Source: Eledone cirrhosa (lineage: Eukaryota). From it: a DNA stretch of 64,000 bases. The position numbers and the translations under genes are program-made. The stretch covers positions 31,930,001 to 31,994,000 of the forward strand of contig OZ024760.1 in NCBI GenBank assembly GCA_964016885.1, in the 5' to 3' direction. How positions within the stretch are numbered: position 1 is the stretch's first letter; each line of letters begins with the position of its first letter. Shown here piece after piece: positions 41,026-54,400 of the stretch. The notes beneath the pieces were generated by a model. It did no database searches. It was not told the origin of the DNA and worked only from the letters and a program-made list of their open reading frames with translations.

Positions 41026-41509
41026 GCTTTTCAAATTCATATTTAATAAAAACCCCATGTTTTTTATTCATTCTGACAACTGAAAACAGATATATCTGCT
41101 TTCAAGAAACCACTGGTAAATGAAATAATTATCCTATGTTGTTTATTACATAACTAATAAGCTGTGTAGCCTACATAGAGCATTCTTTTTTCCTGTACGT
41201 TTCCGACGGAATTACTTCATTTATATATATATATATATACATATTTATGGTAAAGATGTTGAGTAATTTGAGTTGTGTATTCAACTCATTGATCAGTATA
41301 TAATGATACAAATGGGTTTAAGCACTCAACATCATGTATTTTCTTTCAAATATAATTTGTCAGTCTGTGACAAAGTAGATCAATCAAATATTTTTGCAGA
41401 AAAATATCTTTCCTTCTCCAATAAAAACATACTATGTATTTTGCATGTCAAATTCAAACTTACAATGATTGGCATGATATATATATATATATATATAAAT
41501 ATATATATA

Positions 41510-41704
41510 ACGAAGGAAATGTGGTAAGGAACCAGGTGGACCATAACGCACCAAAGTACTCAATACTTAGGGTGGTAGAGTGGGTAATAGGAACAAGTAA
41601 GACCCCGACGGCTGAGCTCAAACCGTTTCGACGGCTAATTCTGGACTGAGTCCAGAATTACCCGTCGAAACGGCTTGAGCTCAGCCGTCGGGGTCTTACT
41701 TGTT

Positions 41705-41709
<5 letters not shown>
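41510..41709 (-). mobile_element. TA-embedded hairpin element carrying the 3' half of a hammerhead
   Basis: 41587-41709 palindrome centred at 41648; arm contains GAAA-cggct..agccg-TC-gggg. Confidence 0.65.
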
Positions 41710-41740
<31 letters not shown>

Positions 41741-41745
<5 letters not shown>

Positions 41746-42200
41746 TGTTTGTTAAAAAAATCAAATTAAATTAATTCAACAGTTAAACACACATAGGAAT
41801 AATAAAGTTGTTACCAAAGAGCCAGAAGATTGATAAGTCGACCCTAAATATTATTAATAGCTCTAGGAAAGCCATTTTTAACTTTGATTTTGAAAGTAGG
41901 TTTATAATTATTAATTTTCATTACACTTTTGTAGCTGTCTCGGTGGCCTAGTTGGAGGAATCATAGGCTGTGGTGTTCCTAGTCTGACGTTCAATCCTGG
42001 TTGGGAGTAAGGTTCCTGGTAAACCTTTGCAGTTTCAAATTGTAAAATAAAAACTGAAGAAGGCTACATGTACATCTTGACCAGGATTGAACCCAAGGCC
42101 AGGATCTCCACCGTCTCTAGTACCTACTGCTAGGCCACAGAGACAACTACAAAAATCTTCTGAAAATTCATACTTATAAACCTACTTTCAAAATTTTCAA
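41741..42200. mobile_element. Element with two inverted tRNA-like heads; second copy at 43921-44300
   Basis: 41888-42002 inverts 42080-42195; A-box GTGGCCTAG and B-box GTTCAATCC on both strands. Confidence 0.65.
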
Positions 42201-42294
42201 TACAAAACGATGAGGCTTCATCCATGTCTTTCTCAATGTTATTGCTCCTACTTAAGGTTGACTTCTAAATCATTTGGGTGTTTCATAAACTAAG

Positions 42295-42525
42295 AGCCCA
42301 CCAGATTATAGCACGAGGAACTCTGTTGAAGGCTTTTTCGAGATCAACGAATGCCAGGTAGAGTGGCTTACTTTTAGCTAGTTATAGCACAGTTGATTAG
42401 GGACCGGGTGAAACTAGATGAGATGCAATTTGGGTTTGTGCCAGGAAGAGGCACCATTGATGCCCTCTTCCTTGTGAGGCAGTTACAGGAAAAGTACCTA
42501 GCTAAAAGTAAGCCACTCTACCTGT
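42295..42525. mobile_element. RTE RT fragment with internal inversion
   Basis: Plus: IAQLIRDRVKLDEMQFGFVPGRGTIDALFLVRQLQEKYLAKSKPLYL; minus: LAKSKPLYLAFVDLEKAFNRVPR. Confidence 0.85.
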
Positions 42526-42680
42526 CTGTCTACTAAAACGGTCGGCACACATCTCCTCCTAAACCGTACGTTCAAATTTCGGTGAAATTGCTACACTTAT
42601 AGATGAAGGTCCGGCGAAGACATCGGTCAAAAAAAATTTCCAATCGAACCACGCCAAGTGCAAAAATCGAATTTGTAATG
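42525..42680 (+). mobile_element. Possible DINE-1/HINE-like (Helentron-associated) core
   Basis: CTGTCTGTC..CTCCTCCTAAACCGT..GGTGAAATTG..ACAC resembles such cores; ends not defined. Confidence 0.35.
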
Positions 42681-43393
42681 TATTGATTTTTCAGTTCAAA
42701 TGTATAAATAGAGATGAGAGACGAGTTATTTCCCTTTTATGGCGTCATTTGTTTATCTATTAACGTTTACAAAAAATACACGAACAGTTTTCGGGCCAGC
42801 AAAATTTTAACCTGCAAAATTCACGAGTTCGAAGTTTCAACATTAAGCTTCCATTTTGCTTCATTTCCATTAAAAAGTCTTTTAAAACAATATTTTTACT
42901 TGAAAACAAGCCTATTTGAATACACCGTAAAACAAGCAAATATTTTGTAAAAAAAGCATTGATCTATATATTTAATCTCGAATAAAGCCTTATGAGATTT
43001 TCATTTAGAAGCAATGATTTTAAACGACAGACAGGTAACGCATTTTTTTTTGTTTTTGTTTTTCATGTCCATCCAATTTCTTTGTTTCAAAATAACTGAT
43101 AGTTTGGTTACGCTGATGTTTTTTTCTGAGACAAGTGTTGCAATGTTTACATTTCGATTTTTGTTAATAGATTACTAGTGCAGTTTTTATCCCCAGCATC
43201 CTCTTTTGTTTAACATTCGGGTTATGATTATGTTTTCTTAACTTCATAAGGCACACTGTTGGTCGAGGGAATATTAATCAAAAGTACCACAAGAAAGTCT
43301 ACAGTGTAGACTCTACAGATTTTAAGCCAAGAAAGGAACTTAACATTGTAACTTTAACACAGCTACTGAGCAGCCCTGTGTGTATATATATAA

Positions 43394-43436
<43 letters not shown>

Positions 43437-43438
<2 letters not shown>

Positions 43439-43905
43439 AAAGTTTTATTTAAAATTGTTGGGATACAACAAGTAAATATTTTATAATTGATATAAAGCAC
43501 TCGACAAGTTTTTGGAGTAGATATACGATATTAAATAAATGGAAACTATATTTATAAAACCATATTTATAAAACCATATTTAAATATGGTTTTATAAATA
43601 TAGTTTCCATTTATTTAATATCGTATATATATATAAGCAGAAGGGTTATTCAATTTGTTGGTAATTCAACAAATATAAATGTTTATAACTGATTCAGAGC
43701 ACTCAACAGATTTGCTGGAGTATAATATACAATGATATTAAATAAATGGAAACTATATTTATAAAACCATATTTATTCTATTATATATATTTCAAGGGTA
43801 CCAAACTTTGGTACACTATCAACAGATAAAATACGAAGTGTGTTTTATAAATGTTGACATAACCAAGGAGAATATACCTTAACGGTTCATGTTATCCCTG
43901 GATAT
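43437..43905 (-). mobile_element. Two adjacent Penelope-like pLTR fragments (43437-43625 hairpin; 43634-43905 with mutated hammerhead at 43776-43831)
   Basis: First matches 33640-33770; second matches the reverse complement of ~7200-7462 but core reads CTGTTGA. Confidence 0.75.
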
Positions 43906-43920
43906 ATATATATACATATA

Positions 43921-44300
43921 TTATTTGTTTGCTAAAATAATCAAATTAAATTAATTCAACAGGAATAATAAAGTTGTTACCAAAGAGCCAGAAGATTGAT
44001 AAGTCGACCCTAAATATTATTAATAGCTCTAGGAAAGCCATTTTTAACTTTGATTTTGAAAGTAGGTTTATAATTATTAATTTTCATTACACTTTTGTAG
44101 CTGTCTCGGTGGCCTAGTTGGAGGTGGTGATCCTAGTCTGACGTTCAATCCTGGTTTGCAGTTATTTTCAAATTGTAAAATAAAAACTGAAAAAGGCTAC
44201 ATGTACATCTTGACCAGGATTGAACCCAAGGACAGGATCTCCACCGTCTCTAGTACCTACCGCTAGGTCACTGAGACAACTACAAAAATCTTCTGAAAAT
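43921..44300. mobile_element. Second, partly deleted copy of the inverted tRNA-head element
   Basis: Direct repeat of 41741-42170. Confidence 0.7.
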
Positions 44301-44302
44301 TG

Positions 44303-45273
44303 AGTGGTGATGGTGGTGGTGTAGTGGTGGTGGTGGTGTGGTGGTGGTGTTGTAGTGGTGGTGTAGTGGTGGGGTCGTGGCGGTGGTGGTGGTGTAGTGA
44401 TGGTGGTGGTGTAGTCGTGGTGTAGTGGTAGTGGTGGTAGTGTGGTGGTGGTGGTGTAGTGGTGTGGTGGTGGTGTAGTGGTGGTGGTGGTGGTGTAGTG
44501 GTGTAGTGGTGGTGGTGGTGGTGTAGTGGTGGTGGCGGTGGTGTAGTGGGGTGGTGGTGTAGTGGTGTGGTGGTGGTGTGGTGGTAGCAACAGAGGTAAG
44601 AGCAGTAAATGTGAAGGATAAAAAAGGGGGAGAATTGTGTAAATATTTTTGGCAAAGAACCAGAATGTTGAAACATGGCTCCATGGGAACGTTGGAAAGA
44701 TGGCATAGTTCTTTAATTTGAGTGGTGAGGGTGGTGTAGTGGTGGTGGAGGTAGTGGTGGTATAGTGGTGTAGTAGTGGTGGTGGTGGAGGTAGTAGTGT
44801 AGTGGTGGTGGTGGTGGTGTAGTGGTGGTGGAGGTAGTGGTGGTTGTGTAGTGGTGGTGGTAGAGGTTGTGTAGTGGTGGTGGTAGAGGTTGTGTATTGG
44901 TGGTGTAGTGGTGGTAGTGGTGGTGTAGTGGTGGTAGTGGTGGTGGTGGTGTAGTGGTGGTGGTGGTAGTAGTGGTGGTGGTAGTGGTTTTGGTGGTAGT
45001 GGTAGTGGTGGTAGTGCTGGTGGTGTAGTGGTGGAGGTAGTAGTGGTGGTGGTAGTAGTGGTGGTGGTAGTAGTAGTAGTGGTGGAGGTAGTAGTGGTGG
45101 TGGTAGTAGTGGTAGTGGTATTAGTGGTGGTGGTGTAGTGGTGTAGGTAGTAGTGGTGGTAGTAGTGGTAGTGGTAGTAGTGGTGGTGGTAGTAGTGGTG
45201 TTGGAGGTAGTGTAGTGTTTTTATTTCCTACTCAATGTCTACCTCCATTTCAATGGTTTCCATGTCCTCAACA

Positions 45274-45311
<38 letters not shown>

Positions 45312-45676
45312 AATAACAACAACTACTACTACTACTACTACTACTGCTACTACTACTACAATAACAACAACAACTACTACTGCTACTACTACTACAATAA
45401 CAACAACTACTACTACTACTACTAGTATTATTACTACTACTACTACTGCTACTGCAATAACAACAACAGCAACAACTACTACTACTACTGCTACTGCAAT
45501 AACAACAACAGCAACAACTACTACTACTACTGCTACTGCAATAACAACAACAGCAACAACTACTACTACTACTGCTACTGCAATAACAACAACAGCAACT
45601 ACTACTACTACTACTGCTACAACAACAACAACAGCAACTACTACTACTACTACTGCTACAACAACAACAACAACTA
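44303..45676. repeat. (GTG/GTA)n then (CTA/CAA)n compound microsatellites
   Basis: Direct reading. Confidence 0.9.
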
Positions 45677-45824
45677 TGAACTAAGGATCAGACACCTTTG
45701 TCTAGTTTTAACCTTGTCATTACCATATTGCTAACAAAAGACACAATTATCATTTTCAAATAATTTTTAAAATGATCAAGAATTTCAGGATTGACTTCCT
45801 CATTATCTGATGTTTGGGGCATAA

Positions 45825-46110
45825 CATCTTCTTCTCCCACTTATTTCTGAGAGGGTCATGGGGCAGAGTCCTCAAACACTCCTTGCAGCAGGTCCTGTCA
45901 GAAGCAACAGTCTCCAACTGATCCGGCTGGATCCCCAAAGGAGACCAGCCATCTTGCTCAGGGTCTGTCCCTGGGTTTCTTGCCAGTTGATTTTGCCCTT
46001 AAAATCTGTCCAGTGATTCTTTCCTGAGATATTCTAACCACATGTCCTGAGTTTCGGAGCTGTGATCTCTCAATTCAGAGAAGTAGCGGCTCTACCTAGG
46101 GTGACTCTTT
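45825..46110 (-). mobile_element. RTE (Rex3/Expander-like) LINE 3' fragment
   Basis: Homologous to 39375-39702. Confidence 0.7.
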
Positions 46111-46144
46111 GATCTGTTCTTATAATATATATATATATATATAA

Positions 46145-46730
46145 TTAAGAGTAATCAGGAACCAACAGCTGAGCTCTTGCCATTTTAACAGCTAGTTCCA
46201 GACATATATATGTATGTATATGTATGTATAGTATATTTGGTAATATACTGTATGTTTAATTAAAAACATTTTGAAGACCTTGCGCTATCATTTTAGAGTA
46301 GTGACTATGTCACTTCTTTTTCCAGCAAATGAAGGGAGAGAAGCTGACAGATCTGTTTCACACTGTTGGTGTTCCTCAGAGCAACGTACTCCCCGACCTC
46401 TGCCAAAAATTATAGAGGCTGGATTCTTATAGAATTCCAGTAATAATCAGGAACTGATTATACAGAGCGATTGCCGGTCCAGCAAAAATTAAAAATTAGG
46501 AATGGTGCTCTGAAATAGTGATGTATACATGAATGTATGTATAGTGTGAAATAGAATCTGTCAGCTTCTCTCCCTTCCTTTGCCGAAAAAAGAAGTAAGT
46601 GACATAGTCACTACTTTAATATGATAGCGCAAGGTCTTCAAAGTGTTTTTAATTAAACATACAGTATATTACCAAATATATTATACATACATTCATGTAT
46701 ATATCTCTATTTCAGAGAACCAATCTTAAT
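46145..46730. mobile_element. TA-flanked foldback element
   Basis: 46222-46364 inverts 46544-46690; 46500-46545 inverts 46680-46725. Confidence 0.6.
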
Positions 46731-46767
46731 ATATATATATATACACACACACATACAGATATATATA

Positions 46768-47123
46768 TATCATCATCATCATTTTACGTCCGCTTTTCCC
46801 TGCTTGCAAGGGTGGGACGGGTCCTATTCAGCACAGCATCTCTCCACTTGTCACGGTCCTTCATCATCTCCACTGTGAGTTTCAGTGATCTGAGATCCGC
46901 TCTCACCACCTTTGCCCATGTTTTTCGTGGTCTCCCCCTACCACGTCTTCCTTCAACTGGTATTTCTTGCCACTTCTTTACCCAGCGGTCATCCTCCATG
47001 CGCATCACATGTCCATACCATCGCAGTATCCTCTCCCGCACACCACAACTTATCCCTCTTAAACACAGTTTCTCTCTCAACACATCCATGCTCGGTCGTT
47101 CATGCACATTGACATTGCACATT

Positions 47124-47125
<2 letters not shown>
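46768..47125 (-). mobile_element. RTE LINE 3' fragment
   Basis: ORF 46784-47122 [22 protein letters not shown]; (GAT)n tail. Confidence 0.9.
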
Positions 47126-47163
<38 letters not shown>

Positions 47164-47684
47164 TATATATATATATAAATATATATACACACACATATAT
47201 ATATATAAACACATGTATAATTGGGAGTGTGTGTGTGTGTAGGGGGTGTAAGTCAGTGTGTGTATGTGTGTGTTATGTGTGTGTGAATCTGTCTGTTTGT
47301 ATGCCAAGTACAGAAGGATGATGGAAGGTGAGCTAGAGTAGGGAGGGTGGGGAAGTTATCTAAGTGTATTTATATATACATATGATATTTATACACACTA
47401 ACACACACACACACACACACACACATGCATATATATGATATATGTCAATTTATGTATATATGCATACACACACATATCTCTCTATATTTAAATTATACAA
47501 GATATATATCAATGTATGTGTATATATGCACACACAACTATATATATATATGCATATATATAGTTGTATATATATATGTATGCATATATATATATAGTTG
47601 TATATATATATGTGTATGCATATATATATGCATATATATATATATATATATATATGCACATATATATATATGCATATATATATA

Positions 47685-47738
<54 letters not shown>

Positions 47739-48487
47739 TATATATTTATGTAAATGTATGTGTATATATATATATACTGAGAGAGAGAGAATGAGGAGGT
47801 GGGGGCAAGGGTGGAGGAGGAGATGTAGTGGGGGTGGATGAGATGTAGTAGTGGGGGTGGGGTGAGGAGATATAGTGGGGGGTGGGGGTGGAGGAGATGT
47901 AGAAGTTAAAGCGAAAGTGTTTAAAACCACATCAGAAAACATGAAGTAAAACATCCTGAAAACTGTATTTTATTATTTCAGCTTAGATAAATATTTTGGC
48001 AGGAATTTCATGAATCTTACCCAATAACCTATTCCCTAATTTAGTTGGTCCCTTTTGTTACCTAATAACTCTAGTTACAGCAAGCTAACCCCATCCCCCT
48101 TATAAGCTACTTAATAAGATTTTTTTCCTGTTTCTATCTATAAAAAAATTCTTCATCCTAGCAAGTCGATGATGTGGTTTAACAACAACTTAAAGGATTA
48201 GCTAAGGACTTGTTATTAGACCCAATACTGGTTAACACTCATAGGAAAGTTTCTTAACATATCCTGGATGAACATAGCTTAGAAACCTGAAATATGGTTT
48301 GTTTAGAGGTGAAAATGTTTTCAGAGGAGTGCTTGACGTGGGTGAATACATATTAATGTAGAGTATCGTATTCTGAATAGAGGGAGTGGAGTCTTCAATC
48401 AACTGAGGCTATCCTTGTTATTTCAACACTGAAATTCCCTTCCCTTCGGGTGGGTGTTCAGATCATAGTAACTAAAGTACAGAACTC

Positions 48488-51400
48488 CTATAGTCTGAGT
48501 TGTTCCAAGGTTTTGAGAAGTAAGGGAGAGAAAGACTATAGACTGGGTTGATCCAAGGTTTTGAGAAGTAAGGGAGAGAAAGGCTATAGACTAGGTTGAT
48601 TCAAGGTTTTGAAAAGTAAGGCAGAGAAAGAATATAGTCTGAGTTGATGCAAGGTTTTGAGAAGTGAGGGAGAGAAAGGCTATAGTCTGAGTTGATTCCA
48701 GGTTTTGAGAAGTAAGGGAGAGTAAGGCTATAGAGTAAGTTGATGCAAGGTTTTGAGAAGTAAGGGAGAGAAAGACTATAGTCTGAGTTGATCCCAGGTT
48801 ATGAGAAGTAAGGGAGAGAAAGATTATAGACTAGGTTGATCCCAGGTTTTGAGAAGTAAGGGAAAGAAAGACGATAGACTGAGTTGATCCAAGGTTTTGA
48901 GAAGTAAGGGAGAGAAAGGCTATAGACTGAGTTAATCCCAGGTTTTGTGAAGTATGGCAGAGAAAGATTATAGTCTGAGTTAATCCAAGGTTTTGAGAAG
49001 TAAGGGAGAGAAAGGCAATAGGCTGAGTTGATAAAAGGTTTTGAGAAGTAAGGGAGAGAAAGGCTATAGTTTGAGTTGATCCCAGGTTTTGAGAAGTAAA
49101 GGAGAGAAAGATTATAGTCAGAGTTGATACAAGGTTTTGAGAAGTAAGGGAAAGAAAGACTATAGACTGAGTTGATCCAAGGTTTTGAGAAGTAAGGGAG
49201 AGAAATACTATAGTCTGAGATGATCACAGGTTTTGAGAAGTAAGGGAGAGAAAGACTATAGACTGAGTTGATCCAAGGTTTTGAGAAGTAAGGGAGAGAA
49301 AGACTATAGACTGAGTTGCTCCAAGGTTTTGAGAAGTAAGGGAGAGAAAGGCAATAGTCTGACTTGATCGCAGGTTTTGAGAAGTAAGGCAGAGAAAGAA
49401 TATAGTCTGAGTTGTTCCAAGGTTTTGAGAAGTATGGCAGAGAAAGACTATAGTCTGAGTTGTTCCAAGGTTTTGAGAAGTATGGCAGAGAAAGATTATA
49501 GTCTGAGTTAATCCAAGGTTTTGAGAAGTAAGGGAGAGAAAGGCAATAGGCTGAGTGGATAAAAGGTTTTGAGAAGTAAGGGAGAGAAAGGCTATAGTCT
49601 GAATTGATCCAAGGTTTTGAGAAGTAAAGGAGGAGAAAGACTATAATCTGAGTTGATCCAAGGTTTTGAGAAGTAGAGGACAGAAAGGCTATAGTCTGAG
49701 TTGATCCAAGGTTTTGAGAAGTAAGGGAGAGAAAGACTATAGACAAGGTTGATCCCAGGTATTGAGAAGTGAGGGAGAGAAAGACGATAGACTGAGTTGT
49801 TCCAAGGTTTTGAGAAGTAAGGGAGAGAAATACATTAAACTGAGTTAATCCCAGGTTTTGAGAAGTAAGGGAGAGAAAGACTATAGTATGAGTTGATTCA
49901 AGGTTTTGAGAAGTAAGGGAGAGAAATACTATAGACTGAGTTGCTCCAAGGTTTTGAGAAGTAAGGGAGAGAAAGGCAATAGTCTGACTTGATCGCAGGT
50001 TTTGAGAAGTAAGGGAGAGAAAGACTATAGACTGAGTTGCTCCAAGGTTTTGAGAAGTAAGGGAGAGAAAGGCAATAGTCTGACTTGATCGCAGGTTTTG
50101 AGAAGTAAGGCAGAGAAAGACTATAGTCTGAGTTGTTCCAAGGTTTTGAGAAGTATGGCAGAGAAAGATTATAGTCTGAGTTAATCCAAGGTTTTGAGAA
50201 GTAAGGGAGAGAAAGGCAATACGCTGAGTTGATAAAAGGTTTTGAGAAGTAAGGGAGAGAAAGGCTATAGTCTGAATTGAGCCAAGGTTTTGAGAAGTAA
50301 AGGAGGAGAAAGACTATAATCTGAGTTGATCCAAGGTTTTGAGAAGTAGAGGACAGAAAGGCTATAGTCTGAGTTGATCCAAGGTTTTGAGAAGTAAGGG
50401 AGAGAAAGACTATAGACAAGGTTGATCCCAGGTATTGAGAAGTGAGGGAGAGAAAGACGATAGACTGAGTTGTTCCAAGGTTTTGAGAAGTAAGGGAGAG
50501 AAATACATTAAACTGAGTTAATCCCAGGTTTTGAGAAGTAAGGGAGAGAAAGACTATAGTATGAGTTGATTCAAGGTTTTGAGAAGTAAGGGAGAGAAAT
50601 ACTATTATTTGAGTTGATCCCAGGTTTTGAGAAATAAGGGAGAGAAAGACTATAGACTGAGTTGATCCCAGGTTTTGAGAAGTAAGGGAGAGAAAGCCTA
50701 TAGACTGAGTTGATCCCAGGTTTTGAGAAGTAAGGGAGAGAAATACTATAGTTTGAGTTGATCCCAAGTTTTGAGAAGTAAGGAAGAGAAAGACTATAGT
50801 CTGAGTTGATCCTAGGTTTTTGAGAAGTAAGGGAGAGAAAGAATATAGTCTGATTTGATCCCAGGTTTTGAGAAGTAAGGAAAAGAAAGACTATAGACTG
50901 AGTTGATCCAAGGTTTTGAGAAGTAAGGGAGGGAAAGGCTATAGACTGAGTTGATCCAAGGGTTTTAGAAGTGGGGGAGAGAAAGACTATAGTCTGACTT
51001 GATCCGCGGCTTTGAGAAGTAAGGGAGAGAAAGACAATAAACTGAGTTAAACCCAGGTTTTGAGAAGTAAGGGAGAGAAAGACTAGAGTCTGACATGATC
51101 GCAGGTTTTGAGAAGTAAGGCAGAGAAAGACTATAGTCTGAGCTGTTGCAAGGTTTTGAGAAGTAAGGGAGAGAAAGATTATAGTCTGAGTTAAAACAAA
51201 GGTTTTGAGAAGTAAAGCAGATAAAGACAATAGTCTGAGTTGATCCAAGGTTTTGAGAAGTAAGGGAAAGAAAGGTTATAGTCTGAGTTGATCCCAGGTT
51301 TGGAGAAGTAAGGCAGAAAAGTCTATCGTCTGACTTGATTCAAGGCTTTGAGAAATAAGGGGGAGAAAGGTTATAGTATGAGTTGATTCAAGGTTTGGGG

Positions 51401-54400
51401 AAGTAAGGGAGACAAGGACTATAGACTGAGTTGATCCCAGGTTTTGAGAAGTAAGGGAGATAAAGGGAGTCTGAGTTGATCCAAGGTATTCAGAAGTAAG
51501 GGAGAGAAAGGCTATAGACTGTGTTAATCCCAGGTTTTGAGAAGTAAGGGAGAGAAAGACGATAGTCTGAGATGATTCCAGGTTTTAAGAACTATAGGAG
51601 AGCAAGATTATAGTCTGAGTTGATCCAAGGTTTTGAGAAGTAAAGGAGGAGAAAGACTATAATCTGAGTTGATCCAAGGTTTTGAGAAGTAAGGGAGAGA
51701 AAGGCTATAGTCTGAGTTGATCCAAGGTTTTGAGAAGTAAGGGAGAGAAAGACTATAGACAAGGTTGATCCCAGGTATTGAGAAGTAAGGGAGAGAAAGA
51801 CGATAGACTGAGTTGATCCAAGGTTTTGAGAAGTAAGGTAGAGAAATGTTATAGTATGAGTTGATTCAAGGTTTTGAGAAGTAAGGGAGAGAAATACTAC
51901 TATTTGAGTTGATCCCAGGTTTTGAGAAGTAAGGGAGAGAAAGCCTATAGACTGAGTTGATCCCAGGTTTTGAGAAGTAAGGGAGAGAAATACTATAGTT
52001 TGAGTTGATCCCAAGTTTTGAGAAGTAAGGAAGAGAAAGACTATTGTCTGAGTTGATCCTAGGTTTTTGAGAAGTAAGGGAGAGAAAGACAATAAACTGA
52101 GTTAAACCCAGGTTTTGAGAAGTAAGGGAGAGAAAGACTAGAGTCAGACATGATCGCAGGTTTTGAGAAGTAAGGCAGAGAAAGACAATAGTCTGAGTTG
52201 TTGCAAGGTTTTGAGAAGTAAGGGAGAGAAAGATTATAGTCTGAGTTAAAACAAGGTTTTGAGAAGTAAAGCAGATAAAGACAATAGTCTGAGTTGATCC
52301 AAGGTTTTGAGAAGTAAGGGAAAGAAAGGTTATAGTCTGAGTTTATCCCAGGTTTGGAAAAGTAAGGGAGAGAAAGTCTATCGTCTGACTTGATTCAAGT
52401 CTTTGAGAAGTAAGGGCGAGAAAGGTTATAGTATGAGTTGATTCCAGGTTTGGGGAAGTAAGGGAGACAAGGACTATAGACTGAGTTGATCCCAGGTTTT
52501 GAGAAGTAAGGGAGATAAAGGGAGTCTGAGTTGATCCAAGGTATTCAGAAGTAAGGGAGAGAAAGGCTATAGACTGTGTTAATCCCAGGTTTTGAGAAGT
52601 AAGGGAGAGAAAGACGATAGTCTGAGATGATTCCAGGTTTTAAGAACTATAGGAGAGCAAGATTATAGTCTGAGTTGATCCAAGGTTTTGAGAAGTAAAG
52701 GAGGAGAAAGACTATAATCTGAGTTGATCCAAGGTTTTGAGAAGTAAGGGAGAGAAAGGCTATAGACTGTGTTAATCCCAGGTTTTGAGAAGTAAGGGAG
52801 AGAAAGACGATAGACTGAGATGATTCCAGGTTTTAAGAACTAAAGGAGAGCAAGATTATAGTCTGAGTTGATCCAAGGTTTTGAGAAGTAAAGGAGGAGA
52901 AAGACTATAACCTGAGTTGATCCAAGGTTTTGAGAAGTAAGGGAGAGAAAGAGGATAGACTGAGTTGATCCAAGGTTTTGAGAAGTAAGGTAGAGAAAGG
53001 TTATAGTATGAGTTGATTCAAAGTTTTGAGAAGTAAGGGAGAGAAATACTATTATTTGAGTTGATCCCAGGTTTTGAGAAATAAGGGAGAGAAAGACTAT
53101 AGACTGATTTGATCCCAGGTTTTGAGAAGTAAGGGAGAGAAAGAATATAGTCTGAGTTGATCCCAGGTTTTGAGAAGTGAGGCAGAAAAAGACTATAGAC
53201 TGAGTTGATCCAAGGTTTTGAGAAGTAAGGGAGAGAAAGACTATAGACTGAGTTGATCCCAGGTTTTGAGAAGTAAGGGAGAGAAAGACTATAGACTGAG
53301 TTGATCCAAGGTATTCAGAAGTAAGGGAGAGAAAGGCTATAGACTGTGTTAATCCCAGGTTTTGAGAAGTAAGGGAGAGAAAGACAATAGACTGAGTTGA
53401 TCCCAGGTTTTGAGAAGTAAGGGAGAGAAAGAGGATAGACTGAGTTGATCCAAGGTTTTCAGAAGTAAGGTAGAGAAAGGTTATAATCTGAGTTGATCCA
53501 GGGTTTTGAGAAGTAAGGGGGAGAAAGGCTATAGTCTGAGTTGATCCAAGGTTTTGAGAAGTAAGGGAGAGAAAGTCTATAGACAAGGTTGATACCAGGT
53601 ATTGAGAAGTAAGGGAGATAATGACGATAGACTGAGTTGATCCAAGGTTTTGAGAAGTAAGGTAGAGAAAGGTTATAGTATGAGTTGATTCAAGGTTTTG
53701 AGAAGTAAGGGAGAGAAAGACTATAGACAAGGTTGATCTAAGTTATTGAGAAGTAAGGGATAGGAAGACGATACACTGAGTTGATCCAAGGTTTTGAGAA
53801 GTAAGGGAGAGAAAGGTTATAGTATGAGTTGATTCAAGGTTTCGAGAAGTAAGGGAGAGAAATACTATTATTTGAGTTGATCCCAGGTTTTGAGATATAA
53901 GGGAGAGAAAGGCTATAGACTGTGTTAATCCCAGGTTTTGAGAAGTGAGGGAGAGAAAGACTATAGACTGAGTTGATCCCAGGTTTTGAGAAGTAAGGTA
54001 GAGAAAGGTTATAATCTGAGTTGATCCAGGGTTTTGAGAAGTAAGGGAGAGAAAGCCTATAGATTGAGTTGATCCCAGGTTTTGAGAAGTAAGGGAGAGA
54101 AATACTATAGTTTGAGTTGATCCCAAGTTTTGAGAAGTAAGGAAGAGAAAGACTATAATCTGAGTTGATCCTAGATTTTTGAGAAGTAAGGGAGAGAAAG
54201 AATATAGTCTGATTTGTTCCAAGGTTTTGAGAAGTAAGGCAGAGAACGACTATAGACTGAGTTGATCCAAGGTTTTGAGAAGTAAGGGAGAGAAAGGCTA
54301 TAGACTGAGTTGATCCAAGGTTTTGAAAAGTAAGGGAGAGAAATACTATTATTTGAGTTGATCCCAGGTTTTGACAAATAAGGGAGAGAATGACTATAGA

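Noticed and set aside
41935-42005. Functional tRNA gene
   Set aside because: A/B boxes present but acceptor and anticodon stems do not pair convincingly; treated as a tRNA-derived repeat
48230-48295. Possible minus-strand terminal exon FLSYVHPGYVKKLSYEC*
   Set aside because: Only an acceptor-like site and a short unrecognised peptide; needs RNA-seq
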